Positions 47,044-57,093 of a stretch of DNA of 64,000 bases are shown here, in pieces. Under the pieces are notes generated by a model. It did not search any database and was not told the DNA's origin. It worked only from the letters and a program-made list of their open reading frames with translations. Both the position numbers and the translations under genes were made by a program. The stretch is from Patescibacteria group bacterium. GTDB taxonomy: Bacteria > Patescibacteriota > Minisyncoccia > Minisyncoccales > JANBVM01. Position 1 is the stretch's first letter, and each line of letters begins with the position of its first letter. The DNA is taken from positions 14,414 through 78,413 of the forward strand of contig JANBVL010000002.1 of assembly GCA_024238995.1 (NCBI GenBank), written 5' to 3'.

Positions 47044-47469
47044 TTATCCTGAAGCAATTTCAATTTTTTGGCCTTTTAAAACCTCAACAATTGCTTTTTT
47101 ATAACCACTCCTTTCCCCTTTTATTCCCTTAAAAACCCTTTTCTTTGGCGGAACTTTAATAATCTTAACGCTTAAAACCTTAACGCCATATAGCAATTCA
47201 ACTGCTTTTTTAATCTCAATCTTATTAGTTCTTGGATAAACCCTAAAAACATACTTGTTTTCCTTTGCTAAATCTGTTGCTTTTTCTGTAATATGAGGCG
47301 ACTTCAATATTTGATAAGCAAAACCCTTTAAGCTAGGTTTTATTTTTTTAACAGACCCAACAGGTTCTTTTTTAACATTTTCAGGCTTTTTTTCAACCTC
47401 CTTTTTTTCTTCCTTCTTTTCTTTAACCTCTTCCTTCTTTTTTCTTTTAAATAAATCTTTTAATGCCAT
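47044..47469 (-). CDS. rplW: 50S ribosomal protein L23 with charged N-terminal extension
   Basis: PHITEKA, NKIEIKKAVE, YKKAIV. Confidence 0.94.
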   Translation of the reverse strand: MALKDLFKRKKKEEVKEKKEEKKEVEKKPENVKKEPVGSVKKIKPSLKGFAYQILKSPHITEKATDLAKENKYVFRVYPRTNKIEIKKAVELLYGVKVLSVKIIKVPPKKRVFKGIKGERSGYKKAIVEVLKGQKIEIASG

Positions 47470-47504
47470 AGTCTAAGAAATAAAAAGCAATTAACAGAAA
47501 ACAA

Positions 47505-48167
47505 TTATTTTTTGTCTTTTGTTTTCTGTTTTTTACTTTTTACTAAAAATGTTTCTTTAATGACCTTTATGCTTTGTTTTGGAATAATCAAGTACTTAAA
47601 AGATACAAGGTCTAAACAATTCAAATCCTTTGCCTGAACAACTTTAATATTGGGAATATTTCTTGCTGCTAAAATTATGTTCTTATCTAACTCCGGCAAT
47701 GCGATCAAAGCGCTTTTCTTTTTTAAATTAAGATTATTTATAAATTCAAGCATCAATTTTGTTTTTGGACTATCAAATTTTAAATCATCTGAAACAACAA
47801 GCAGCTTGTCTTTTTCTTTTTGAGACAAAACTATAAACAAAGCTAATCTTTTCATTCTCTTGGGAATTCTTTTCTTAAAAATAGTATCTTTTCTTGGACC
47901 AAAAGTAATTCCTCCGCCGATCCAAATAGGAGATCTAATTGAACCGTGTCTTGCTTTTCCTAATCCTTTTTGACGCCAAGGTTTTTTTCCCCCACCTCTT
48001 ACCTCACTTCTGTCTTTGGTATGAGCGATTGACCTTCTTTTGTTTGCCATCTGAGATACAACAACCTGATGAACTAAATCACTATTAAATTTCACTTCAA
48101 AAATCTCTTTTGGCAGCAAAGATTGTGTTGGTTTTTTTTCTTTTTTGTTTATTATTTCAGTTTTCAT
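47505..48167 (-). CDS. rplD: 50S ribosomal protein L4
   Basis: EVRGGGKKPWRQKG.G.ARHGSIRSP. Confidence 0.97.
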   Translation of the reverse strand: MKTEIINKKEKKPTQSLLPKEIFEVKFNSDLVHQVVVSQMANKRRSIAHTKDRSEVRGGGKKPWRQKGLGKARHGSIRSPIWIGGGITFGPRKDTIFKKRIPKRMKRLALFIVLSQKEKDKLLVVSDDLKFDSPKTKLMLEFINNLNLKKKSALIALPELDKNIILAARNIPNIKVVQAKDLNCLDLVSFKYLIIPKQSIKVIKETFLVKSKKQKTKDKK

Positions 48168-48168
48168 A

Positions 48169-48759
48169 TTATCCTCTTATTTCAAGCAAAGTTCCTTTTC
48201 TTCCAGGTATAGCCCCTCTTATAAACAAAGCATTGTTCTTTTTATCAATTTTAATAATTTTTAAATTCTTTACTGTAATTCTATCAAAGCCCATTCTGCC
48301 AGGCATTTTTTTTCCTTTTATCACTCTTGAAGGGCTTGAAGCTCCTATTGAACCTATTGATCTTAAAAAGCCTTTTGCCCCTCTGGATTTAGGCTGCCCC
48401 CTAAACCCCCATCTTTTTACTCCTCCAGCAAATCCTTTTCCTTTAGAAATCCCTGATATCTTTATTAACTTAACCTCTTCAAAATTAGAGACATCAATTT
48501 TCTGTCCAACTTTATAATCTGAAATATTTGCCTGAAACTCTCTTAAATGTTTAAAGGCTTTGTTTTTCTGACTTTTCTTAATTTTTTTATCTTTTAATTT
48601 CAAAAAGCCAATCTGAACAGCTTTATAGCCATCTTTCTCTTTAGTCTTAATTTGGGTAATCTCACAAGGTCCAGCCTCAACCAAAGTAACAGGAACTGGA
48701 ATTCCTTTTTCATCAAACACTTTTGACATACCTATTTTTAAACCTAGTATAAACTTCAT
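48169..48759 (-). CDS. rplC: 50S ribosomal protein L3
   Basis: KIGMS, SKGKGFAG, GKKMPGRMG. Confidence 0.96.
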   Translation of the reverse strand: MKFILGLKIGMSKVFDEKGIPVPVTLVEAGPCEITQIKTKEKDGYKAVQIGFLKLKDKKIKKSQKNKAFKHLREFQANISDYKVGQKIDVSNFEEVKLIKISGISKGKGFAGGVKRWGFRGQPKSRGAKGFLRSIGSIGASSPSRVIKGKKMPGRMGFDRITVKNLKIIKIDKKNNALFIRGAIPGRKGTLLEIRG

Positions 48760-48892
48760 ATTTTCTCTAACTTAAAACCGGGCATAGCCCGGCTCTAAAA
48801 CCATCGGCTATTTGAAATTGATTTATAATATTTTAAAAACTAATTTCATCATTTTAATTACGCTAAGAATAATCCTCTGACAAATATCTATT

Positions 48893-49234
48893 TTACATTT
48901 TGATTTCAATATCAACTCCAGCAGGTAAATTCAAACCTTGCAAAGCATCAATCACTTTAGGGCTTGGCTCCAGGATATCAATCAATCTTTTATGAATTCT
49001 AATTTCAAACTGTTCTTTGCTTTTTTTATGAATAAAAGTAGATCTATTAACAGTGTATTTATTAATTTCAGTAGGTAAAGGAACAGGTCCCAGTACCTTA
49101 ACACTATAACGCTCTGCCATTTCAATAATTTGTTTGGCAGAACTATCAATTACTTTATGATCATAAGCTTTAAGCTTAATCCTGAGCCTAGTCTTAATAT
49201 CGGGCTCAACAGTATCTGTTTTTTTCTTTGGCAT
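48893..49234 (-). CDS. rpsJ: 30S ribosomal protein S10
   Basis: [30 protein letters not shown]. Confidence 0.97.
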   Translation of the reverse strand: MPKKKTDTVEPDIKTRLRIKLKAYDHKVIDSSAKQIIEMAERYSVKVLGPVPLPTEINKYTVNRSTFIHKKSKEQFEIRIHKRLIDILEPSPKVIDALQGLNLPAGVDIEIKM

Positions 49235-49257
49235 CTTAACGAACTAATAACCTCTAT

Positions 49258-49293
49258 AAATTAAATTACCAAGTTAACTTGGCAATTTAATTT
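49258..49293. repeat. Near-perfect 36-bp palindrome between tuf and rpsJ
   Basis: AAATTAAATTACCAAGTT|AACTTGGCAATTTAATTT with one mismatch (a G-U pair on the minus strand). Confidence 0.7.
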
Positions 49294-49300
49294 CATTTAT

Positions 49301-50500
49301 TTATTTCAATATTTTTGTAACAACTCCTGATGCAACAGTCTTGCCTCCTTCTCTGATAGCGAAACGTTGACCATCTTCCATAGCAATAGGAGCAATTAAC
49401 TTAATTTTCAGAGTAACAGTGTCGCCAGGCATTACCATTTCAGTTCCTTCAGGCAAAGCAACATCACCAGTAATATCAGTAGTTCTAAAATAGAATTGAG
49501 GCTTGTAACCAGTGAAAAATGGCGTATGTCTTCCCCCTTCTTCTTTATTTAAAACATAAACCTGACCGTCAAATTCAGAATGAGGTGTAATGCTGTCTGG
49601 CTTAGCTAATACCTGACCTCTCTCAGTATCTTCTTTTTTAATACCTCTAAGAAGCACTCCAACATTGTCCCCTGCTCTTCCTTCATCTAAGATCTTGCTA
49701 AACATCTCAATAGAAACAGCAGTTGTTTTAACAGTTGGCCTTATTCCAATCAGAGCCACTTCTTCATTGGGTTTGATAATTCCTCTTTCAATTCTTCCTG
49801 TTGCTACAGTTCCTCTCCCTTCAATAGTAAATACATCTTCAATTGCCATTAAAAATGGTTTATCTGTTTCTCTTACTGGTTCTTTAATATACTCATCAAC
49901 AACTTTAATCAGTTCCAGTATTGGTTTAATAGCTTCATCATCAACTGATTTAGCATCTAAGGCTTTTAAAGATGAACCCTTGATAATTGGTATTTCATCT
50001 CCGGGAAACTTATATTTTTTAAGAAGTTCCCTTAATTCTGATTCAACCAACTCAATAATTTCTGGATCATCAACCTGGTCGCATTTATTAATAAACACAA
50101 CCAAAGATGGCAAGCCAACCTGTCTTGATAGAAGGATGTGTTCTCTTGTTTGAGGCATTGGGCCGTCAACGGCTGAGACTACTAAAATTCCTCCATCCAT
50201 TTGGGCAGCTCCAGTAATCATGTTTTTAATATAGTCGGCGTGTCCTGGACAATCAATTAAAGCGTAGTGGCGTTTATCGCTCTCAAATTCAACGTGAGAA
50301 ACTGAGATTGTTAAACCCCTGGCTCTTTCTTCTGGAGCAGCATTTAATTCATCTACACCAAAATTTGTTGCATTTAAACCTTTCAATCTTGAAACGTGTA
50401 AAATTGCAGCAGTGGTGGTTGTTTTTCCATGCGCAACATGGCCAATAGTACCGATATTGACATGGGGTTTTGATCTTACAAATTTTTCTTTTTCTGCCAT
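49301..50500 (-). CDS. tuf: Elongation factor Tu
   Basis: [41 protein letters not shown]; P-loop reads GHVAHGKT. Confidence 0.97.
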   Translation of the reverse strand: MAEKEKFVRSKPHVNIGTIGHVAHGKTTTTAAILHVSRLKGLNATNFGVDELNAAPEERARGLTISVSHVEFESDKRHYALIDCPGHADYIKNMITGAAQMDGGILVVSAVDGPMPQTREHILLSRQVGLPSLVVFINKCDQVDDPEIIELVESELRELLKKYKFPGDEIPIIKGSSLKALDAKSVDDEAIKPILELIKVVDEYIKEPVRETDKPFLMAIEDVFTIEGRGTVATGRIERGIIKPNEEVALIGIRPTVKTTAVSIEMFSKILDEGRAGDNVGVLLRGIKKEDTERGQVLAKPDSITPHSEFDGQVYVLNKEEGGRHTPFFTGYKPQFYFRTTDITGDVALPEGTEMVMPGDTVTLKIKLIAPIAMEDGQRFAIREGGKTVASGVVTKILK

Positions 50501-50587
50501 ATTAATTGTTTATTATATATTGTTATTAATTATTTATATATATCAAGATTTTGAAAAAATATCAATACCTTCCAACGCCAAAAACCA

Positions 50588-52693
50588 CTATTTCTTCTTT
50601 CCTTCAACAATCTGTTCAACCACGTTTTTAGGCACTTCTTGATAACTATCAAACTCCATTGTAAATGTTCCCCTGCCCTCAGTCAAGCTTCTTATAGTTG
50701 TAGCATAACCAAACATCTCAGCTAAAGGCACATTAGCGTCAATTATCTTTAAATTAAGCCTATCTTTAGTTTCTTTTATTTTACCTCTCCTCGCTGATAA
50801 ATCTCCTATTACATCACCAAAAAAGTTCTCAGGAATAACTACTTCTAGTTTCATTATTGGTTCTAACAGTACTGGATTTCCTTTTTTAGCTGCATCTTGA
50901 AAAGCCATGGAACCAGCGATTTTAAAGGCGAATTCAGAAGAATCAACTTCATGGAAAGAACCATCTTGAAGAGTTACACCAATATCAATCATAGGATAAC
51001 CTGCAACTATTCCTTTTTCCATAGCTTCTTTTACTCCTTTTTCAACTGCTGGAATAAATTCTTTTGGTATTGATCCTCCTTTAATCTTATCAAAGAATTC
51101 AAATCCTTTGCCTTTTTCTCTTGGCTCTATCTCAAGTACAACATGACCATATTGGCCTCTTCCACCTGACTGCTTAACATATTTAGATTCAGCTTTAGAA
51201 GTAGCTTTAATTGTTTCTTTATATGCAACCTGAGGTCTTCCAACATTTGCTTCAACACTAAATTCTCTTTTCATTCTATCAACGATGATTTCTAAATGAA
51301 GCTCGCCCATGCCAGAAATAATAGTTTCATTAGTCTCGTTATCTATTTTCATTGTGAAAGTTGGATCTTCTCGAGACAGTCTTTTTAAAGCAACACCCAT
51401 TTTTTCTTCATCTACTTTATTTTTAGGCTCAACCCTAATAGAAATAACTGGTTCTGGAAAAATAATTTCTTCTAAAACAATTGGATTGTCTTCATCACAC
51501 AATGTATTACCAGTAGAAGTATTTTTAAGGCCGACAGTAGCAGCAATATCACCTGCATAAATCTCATCAATATCTTCGCGGGAATCAGCGTGCATTCTTA
51601 AAATTCTACTGATTCTTTCTTTTTCACCAGTAGCAGTATTTAAAACATAAGAACCTTTTTTAAGTGTTCCTGAATATACTCTGAAAAAAGTTAAAGAACC
51701 AACATAAGGATCAGTAGCAATTTTAAAAGCCAAACAGGCAAATGGATCGTTGTCATCTGTTCTTCTTTTGATCACTTTATTTGTATCAGGATCAGTTCCT
51801 TCAACAGGAGGAAGATCAATAGGACTTGGCAAATAATAAATTACTGCATCTAAAACTGGCTGGACTCCTTTGTTTTTCAAAGATGAACCGCAAAACACTG
51901 GATACAGCTTATTGACAATAGTTGCTTTTCTTAAAGCTGCTCTTAACTCATCATTTGAAATTTCTTGCTGAGCTAAATATTTTTCTAAAAGCGCTTCATC
52001 TTCTCCTGCAATCTTTTCAATCATTTTTTCTCTCCACTCTTTGGCTTTCTCTGTTAAATCAGCAGGAATATCTTCTTGTTTTACAATTTCTCCTGAATCT
52101 CCTTCAAATCTAATAGCTTTCATTGTAAATAAATCAATCACGCCTTTAAAATGTTCCTCTGCTCCAATTGGAAGCTGTACTGCAACGGCATTTGGATTTA
52201 GTTTTTCCCAAATAGATTCTAATCCTTTGTAAAAATCAGCGCCCATTCTGTCCATTTTATTGATAAGACATATTCTTGGAACATTAAACTTGTCAGCTTG
52301 GCGCCAAACAGTTTCTGATTGAGGTTCTACACCAGCCACTCCATCAAAAACAACTACTCCGCCATCTAATACCCTTAAAGATCTTTGAACTTCAGCTGTG
52401 AAATCAATGTGTCCTGGGGTATCAATAATATTGATCTTATATTCCTTTTCCCCTTTTTGAGCCAAATCTTGAGGTGTCCAAAAACAAGTAATAGCGGCTG
52501 AGGTGATTGTAATACCCCTTTCTCTTTCCTGATCCATCCAGTCAGTAGTAGTTGTACCTTCATCAATGTCTCCAATCTTATGAGTAATACCAGTGTAAAA
52601 CAAAACACGCTCAGTAGTTGTTGTTTTACCAGCATCAATATGAGCGATTATCCCAATATTCCTAAGTTTTTCTAAAGGATATTTTCTAGCCAT
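50588..52693 (-). CDS. fusA: Elongation factor G
   Basis: [23 protein letters not shown]; start set at ATG 52693. Confidence 0.98.
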   Translation of the reverse strand: MARKYPLEKLRNIGIIAHIDAGKTTTTERVLFYTGITHKIGDIDEGTTTTDWMDQERERGITITSAAITCFWTPQDLAQKGEKEYKINIIDTPGHIDFTAEVQRSLRVLDGGVVVFDGVAGVEPQSETVWRQADKFNVPRICLINKMDRMGADFYKGLESIWEKLNPNAVAVQLPIGAEEHFKGVIDLFTMKAIRFEGDSGEIVKQEDIPADLTEKAKEWREKMIEKIAGEDEALLEKYLAQQEISNDELRAALRKATIVNKLYPVFCGSSLKNKGVQPVLDAVIYYLPSPIDLPPVEGTDPDTNKVIKRRTDDNDPFACLAFKIATDPYVGSLTFFRVYSGTLKKGSYVLNTATGEKERISRILRMHADSREDIDEIYAGDIAATVGLKNTSTGNTLCDEDNPIVLEEIIFPEPVISIRVEPKNKVDEEKMGVALKRLSREDPTFTMKIDNETNETIISGMGELHLEIIVDRMKREFSVEANVGRPQVAYKETIKATSKAESKYVKQSGGRGQYGHVVLEIEPREKGKGFEFFDKIKGGSIPKEFIPAVEKGVKEAMEKGIVAGYPMIDIGVTLQDGSFHEVDSSEFAFKIAGSMAFQDAAKKGNPVLLEPIMKLEVVIPENFFGDVIGDLSARRGKIKETKDRLNLKIIDANVPLAEMFGYATTIRSLTEGRGTFTMEFDSYQEVPKNVVEQIVEGKKK

Positions 52694-52694
52694 A

Positions 52695-53168
52695 TTAATA
52701 AGAAAAATGAGCGAAGGCACGATTAGCTTCTGCCATCTTATAAGTATCTTCTTTTTTCTTTACTGCCCAGCCAGTATTATTAGCAGCACTCATTAATTCT
52801 TCAGCCAGCTTTTCCCTCATTGGCCTACCTTTTTTTGTTTTAGCTGCCTTTATTATCCACCTCATTGCTAGAGTAAACTTTCTTTCTCCTTTTACTTCTA
52901 CTGGAATTTGATATGTTGCTCCACCAACTCTTCTTGGTCTTACTTCCAGTATTGGACTTGTGTTTTTAATCGCTTGATTAAAAATCTCTAATGGTTCTTT
53001 TTTTGTTTTCTCCTTAATAATATCAAAAGCACTATAAACAATTTTTCTAGCAATACTTTTTTTACCTTTTCTCATTATGTAATTAATGAATTTGGAAATC
53101 TCTTCACTGTTATATACAAGATCAGGCTGAATTTCTCTTTTCTTTATTTTTTTTCTTCTTCTAGCCAT
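52695..53168 (-). CDS. rpsG: 30S ribosomal protein S7
   Basis: [27 protein letters not shown]. Confidence 0.98.
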   Translation of the reverse strand: MARRRKKIKKREIQPDLVYNSEEISKFINYIMRKGKKSIARKIVYSAFDIIKEKTKKEPLEIFNQAIKNTSPILEVRPRRVGGATYQIPVEVKGERKFTLAMRWIIKAAKTKKGRPMREKLAEELMSAANNTGWAVKKKEDTYKMAEANRAFAHFSY

Positions 53169-53171
53169 AGT

Positions 53172-53585
53172 TTATTTTTTTGGTCTTTTTGTTCCATATT
53201 TTGATCTTATCTGTTTTCTGCCCTCAACTCCTCCTGCATCTAAAACACCTCTTACTACTTTATAACTTACTCCTGGCAAATCCTTAATTCTCCCGCCTCT
53301 TATCATTACAACAGAATGCTCCTGCAGGTTATGACCCTCTCCAGGAATATATGCTGTTACTTCCTGACCATTAGTCAGTCTTACTCTTGCAACCTTTTTT
53401 AGTCCTGAATGAGGTTTTTTAGGAGTCATTGTAAAAACTTTTAAGCACACCCCTCTTTTAAACGGAGAAGGATATTTTATTGGTCTGTTTTTTAAAGCAT
53501 TAAAACTAAATTTAAAAACAGAAGCTTTCTTTCGCTTTTTTGGTTTTTTTCTTGGTTTTTTAACTAATTGATTAATTGTTGGCAT
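53172..53585 (-). CDS. rpsL: 30S ribosomal protein S12
   Basis: [28 protein letters not shown]; start set at ATG 53585. Confidence 0.97.
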   Translation of the reverse strand: MPTINQLVKKPRKKPKKRKKASVFKFSFNALKNRPIKYPSPFKRGVCLKVFTMTPKKPHSGLKKVARVRLTNGQEVTAYIPGEGHNLQEHSVVMIRGGRIKDLPGVSYKVVRGVLDAGGVEGRKQIRSKYGTKRPKK

Positions 53586-53625
53586 AATTAAAAACAATTA
53601 AGTGCTCTGGCACTTTTATGGAATA

Positions 53626-53654
53626 AATTTAACAAGGAAAATGATTAAAGTCAA
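53626..53654 (-). promoter_or_regulatory. Sigma70-type promoter of the str operon
   Basis: TTGACT-17 nt-TAAATT with TGn extension. Confidence 0.6.
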
Positions 53655-53689
53655 TGCCTTAATTTATTTATTCGTTTAATGTAAGCGCT

Positions 53690-54313
53690 TTAAAAAATTA
53701 ATAACTGACCTGAAATTAATGTATAAAAAATTTCTGCTCCTCTAAAAATCCATCCTATTCCAAAGAATATAAATAGCAGAAGAAAAGCTAAGCTGTATTG
53801 TCTTAAAAACATTTTAAATCCTGAGAGCTTATCTGGCAACAGAGAAGACAAAATATGATAGCCATCAAGTGGTGAAATAGGAATTAAATTAAACAATCCC
53901 AAAACAAAATTATAAAAAGCAATAATACTAAATAAAATAAACAGTATTAATGATAAAGGGATAAATCTAATAATCAAACTAAAAATTATTCCAACAAGAA
54001 AATTACTTAAAGGACCTGCAATAGAAACCTTTAAAGTCCCCCATTTCTGGTCACGGAAGTTATATGGATTAATTGGCACTGGTTTTGCCCATCCGAAAAT
54101 TGGACCTTTCCCAGCGGTTATTAAAAACAACATTAAAGGCAAAAGAACAGAGCCAAACGGATCTAAGTGCTTTAAAGGATTTAAAGTTAATCTTCCAGCA
54201 TACTTTGCTGTTGGATCTCCCAGATAATAAGCAACGCTGCCATGAGCAATTTCATGAATTATAATTGAAAACAGAAGCACTATTAATGTAAATATTAAAA
54301 TAATTGGATTCAT
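53690..54313 (-). CDS. Site-2 protease family (M50) membrane peptidase
   Basis: HEIAHG, GRLTLNPL, AGPLSN, NLIPISPLDG. Confidence 0.9.
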   Translation of the reverse strand: MNPIILIFTLIVLLFSIIIHEIAHGSVAYYLGDPTAKYAGRLTLNPLKHLDPFGSVLLPLMLFLITAGKGPIFGWAKPVPINPYNFRDQKWGTLKVSIAGPLSNFLVGIIFSLIIRFIPLSLILFILFSIIAFYNFVLGLFNLIPISPLDGYHILSSLLPDKLSGFKMFLRQYSLAFLLLFIFFGIGWIFRGAEIFYTLISGQLLIF

Positions 54314-54379
54314 ATCTTTATTCTACAAATTATACTATAACTTGAAAAGATTTTAAAAAACTTATAGAATTATTTAATC

Positions 54380-54604
54380 ATGGCAAAAGAATGTCAAATA
54401 TGCAACAAAAAATCAAGAATGATTCAGAAGCTGGTAAAGCTTCGTGGAAAATATAATCCAACAAGCAAAAAAAGAAAATACCCAAATATCCAATGGGTTA
54501 ATGTTCCTGTTGGAACAAAACAAAAGAACTTTAAGGGCTTTGGTGGTAAAAGGATAAAAGCCTGTACAAAATGTATCAAAAGCTTGTCTAAAAAAGAGCG
54601 CTAA
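54380..54604 (+). CDS. rpmB: 50S ribosomal protein L28 (divergent, Zn-binding)
   Basis: MAKECQIC...KRKYPNIQ...CTKCIK pattern. Confidence 0.78.
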   Translation: MAKECQICNKKSRMIQKLVKLRGKYNPTSKKRKYPNIQWVNVPVGTKQKNFKGFGGKRIKACTKCIKSLSKKER

Positions 54605-54619
54605 TTATATAGTGCTTTT

Positions 54620-54654
54620 CACTAAAAAACCACGTTTGACGTGGTTTTTTAGTG
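54620..54654. terminator. Bidirectional terminator shared by rpmB and the 6S-like RNA
   Basis: CACTAAAAAACCACG-TTTGA-CGTGGTTTTTTAGTG. Confidence 0.8.
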
Positions 54655-54787
54655 CCCTGTTTTTCATAAGAAATTTCTGAAGAAAATTCCAGGTGGGAAT
54701 CCTTAGGCATACTCCACAGAGTATGCATCATATCAGACTCCCTATAAAAATGTATTCTCAGATTTCGTTAGAAAAACTAGGGCACTA
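54650..54787 (-). ncRNA. ssrS: Probable 6S RNA
   Basis: About 138-nt rod with paired ends (UAGUGCCCU/AGGGCACUA), central bubble flanked by ACAUUUUUAUAGGGAG and CCCACCUG as in Firmicutes-type 6S RNAs, own promoter and terminator. Confidence 0.75.
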
Positions 54788-54790
54788 TCT

Positions 54791-54820
54791 ATTTTACCTT
54801 TATCTAAAAATCCCTGTCAA
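54791..54820 (-). promoter_or_regulatory. Promoter of the 6S-like RNA
   Basis: TTGACA-18 nt-TAAAAT immediately upstream of the rod. Confidence 0.7.
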
Positions 54821-54823
54821 TTT

Positions 54824-55882
54824 TTATAAATTAAAAATTTTAACAAGTTGCTTGATTAAAGAAACTGTTGGCGGTTGAGCTAACAGACTATAAGAATCAA
54901 CACCTTTATCATCTTTAATAATCCATGGCTTTTCTTTAATATTTACTTTTTGTTTGCTTTCATCCCATTCATATACATATTCAGGAGTAACTTCATAATC
55001 ATCAATATATTCTTTGGCAACATTGACTGGCACTGAATTTTTTATCAAAACTTTTGAAATTCCATAAAGAGAAAGCGCTCTTTTAATTAACTCATCATCT
55101 TTTTGTAATCTATCTTTAATTGGTTCAATTCCAAATTCATCTCCTTCTTTTGAAACCATTTTTACATCTTTGCAATCCGGATTATCACACATTAAATAAA
55201 ACTCATTGTTTTCATAACCAATCTTTGAAGTTGGCAAAAGCCTAATATTTCTTGAAGTTTTACAAACAGGGCAAACTCTTCTATGTTTTATTCTTTCATC
55301 AATTACATTTTTAGGAACATCAATTAAAATAAAAACATCTCTGTCATCTCTGTAGCCAATTAAGTCTCTAAAAAATAAAGAGAAGTCTATTTGATTTAAA
55401 TCCCTGGGAAATCCATCAAGAAACAATGTTTTTTTACCAATCTTTTGTATTTCTCTTTTTATTAAAATTAAGATAAGTTCTGTTGGCAGTAATGTTTTTG
55501 TGCTTCTGCTCTCTAGGGAAGCAATGATTTCTTTTAAATCTTTCGGCCCTCTGTAGTTTGTTTCTAGAAAAGAAACCAGTTCTTTTTTAGAATCTTCACT
55601 GGAAAGCTCTTTGTCAATTTCTCTAACCATGTCCCCTACAGAAAAATGATGTATTAGTTCAGGACCAACGAGACGGGCAAACATTTTTGAATATGTTCCT
55701 TTACCTGAGTTTTTTTTACCTAAAAAATATGCAATGAAAGTATTTTCTTTTAAAAATTCTTTCAATTTTTTAATTTCTTCTCCTGCTTTAGCTTGAAAAT
55801 ACTCATTTTGTTCTTTTGGATCTATTAAATTGAATTTTTTATCTATTCCTTTGATTTTAGTTTTAAAAATTGGAAACTGCAT
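54824..55882 (-). CDS. Long adenylate-kinase-like NMP kinase
   Basis: P-loop LGKKNSGKGTYS, LDGFPR, Zn-LID-like CPVC...CDNPDC. Confidence 0.75.
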   Translation of the reverse strand: MQFPIFKTKIKGIDKKFNLIDPKEQNEYFQAKAGEEIKKLKEFLKENTFIAYFLGKKNSGKGTYSKMFARLVGPELIHHFSVGDMVREIDKELSSEDSKKELVSFLETNYRGPKDLKEIIASLESRSTKTLLPTELILILIKREIQKIGKKTLFLDGFPRDLNQIDFSLFFRDLIGYRDDRDVFILIDVPKNVIDERIKHRRVCPVCKTSRNIRLLPTSKIGYENNEFYLMCDNPDCKDVKMVSKEGDEFGIEPIKDRLQKDDELIKRALSLYGISKVLIKNSVPVNVAKEYIDDYEVTPEYVYEWDESKQKVNIKEKPWIIKDDKGVDSYSLLAQPPTVSLIKQLVKIFNL

Positions 55883-55886
55883 AATT

Positions 55887-56732
55887 TTAATCTGTTATTG
55901 TAACATTATCTCCATCTGAAATGATTTTAATATCACCCAGCTGATCTGTTCTTAAAACTTTTATATCATAATCAGTCAAAATCTCCAAAACTTTATCATG
56001 TGGATGACCATAACTATTATCTTTTCCAGCTGATATTACAGCAATTTGAGGAGTAACATTTTCCAATAATTCTTTTGAAGTTGAAGTTTTGCTTCCATGA
56101 TGACCGATTTTTAAAACCTCACAATCTAAATCTAATTGTTTGTCTATAATCTTTCTTTCTACTGAGCTATAAATATCACCTGTGAAAATAAAACAAGTGT
56201 CATTGAATACTAAACGACTGACAATTGAACTATTATTAGTATTTTTAACAATCTGACCTTCTAAATTTTCGAAAGGATAAAGTATTTCAAAAAAAATATT
56301 TGGCGCAATGATTTTCTGGCCTAACTGCGCAATTTCTACATTTGAATCCTCAATTAATCTTGTCCATTCATCATATTCTCCAGTATCTCTTAAAACGCCT
56401 GTCCATAAAATATTTTCTACATTATATCTTTTCAAAACCTCAATCAAACCTGCAATGTGGTCATGTTCTGGATGCGTTAATATTATTAAATCAATTGTCC
56501 TGTCCCAGAAGTCTATTTCTTTTCCCAGCTTATTCAAAATCGCACTACTTGGACCGCCATCAATTAATATTTGATAATTTAGGGGCGTTTCAATAAATAC
56601 TGCATCACCTTGCCCAATGTCAAAAAAAATAACCTCGAGCAACTGAGGCCTATCATAATTGTAGATAATTAACCAAGTAAAAATATTGAAGAACAATAAA
56701 ACAATTAAAATTGTTTTTTTCTTGTTTGCCAA
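55887..56732 (-). CDS. ComEC/Rec2-related metallo-beta-lactamase-fold hydrolase
   Basis: FFDIGQGDA, LTHPEHDHIAG, FTGD, GHHGS, NSYGHPH; N-terminal TM anchor. Confidence 0.9.
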   Translation of the reverse strand: MANKKKTILIVLLFFNIFTWLIIYNYDRPQLLEVIFFDIGQGDAVFIETPLNYQILIDGGPSSAILNKLGKEIDFWDRTIDLIILTHPEHDHIAGLIEVLKRYNVENILWTGVLRDTGEYDEWTRLIEDSNVEIAQLGQKIIAPNIFFEILYPFENLEGQIVKNTNNSSIVSRLVFNDTCFIFTGDIYSSVERKIIDKQLDLDCEVLKIGHHGSKTSTSKELLENVTPQIAVISAGKDNSYGHPHDKVLEILTDYDIKVLRTDQLGDIKIISDGDNVTITD

Positions 56733-56871
56733 GTTAATAAAAATTCATGAGATAGCTTAATTTCTCCATTTCTTGTTCTAGTTCCTTTGAAATAATATGA
56801 TTCATATTTTTAAAAATTAACTGTATTTTTTTATTCTATCTAAAAATCAAGCAAAAGAAAAATGTACAAGA

Positions 56872-56899
56872 AAGCACCAACCATTAATGATTGGTGCTT
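56872..56899 (-). terminator. Hairpin downstream of the DUF5679-like gene
   Basis: AAGCACCAA-N10-TTGGTGCTT followed by a T-rich tract on the minus strand. Confidence 0.55.
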
Positions 56900-56931
56900 C
56901 TTAAAACTTCTAAAAAGTTTTGAGTGCAAAT

Positions 56932-57093
56932 TTAGGCTTTGCCCAAAATTCTAAACATTTTAGTGCCGCATTCTGGACAGGTGCCAGTCATAGCTCTTCT
57001 TTTAGCGCCTCCTTTTCCTTTCATTTCAACTTCTTTCTCATTCAGCATGTCTTGCTTTTTTTTACATTTAACGCAGTATGCTTCTGTTGCCAT
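56932..57093 (-). CDS. 53-aa DUF5679-like zinc-ribbon protein (not in ORF track)
   Basis: MATEAYCVKCKKKQDM...RRAMTGTCPECGTKMFRILGKA by hand translation. Confidence 0.8.
   Translation of the reverse strand: MATEAYCVKCKKKQDMLNEKEVEMKGKGGAKRRAMTGTCPECGTKMFRILGKA

Noticed and set aside
49665-50153. 162-aa antisense ORF in tuf and the many similar short ORFs nested in known genes
   Set aside because: Ser/Ile/Leu/Phe-rich shadows expected from codon bias on the coding strand.
54693-54878. 61-aa plus-strand ORF
   Set aside because: Antisense to the 6S-like RNA and its promoter; no recognisable motif.
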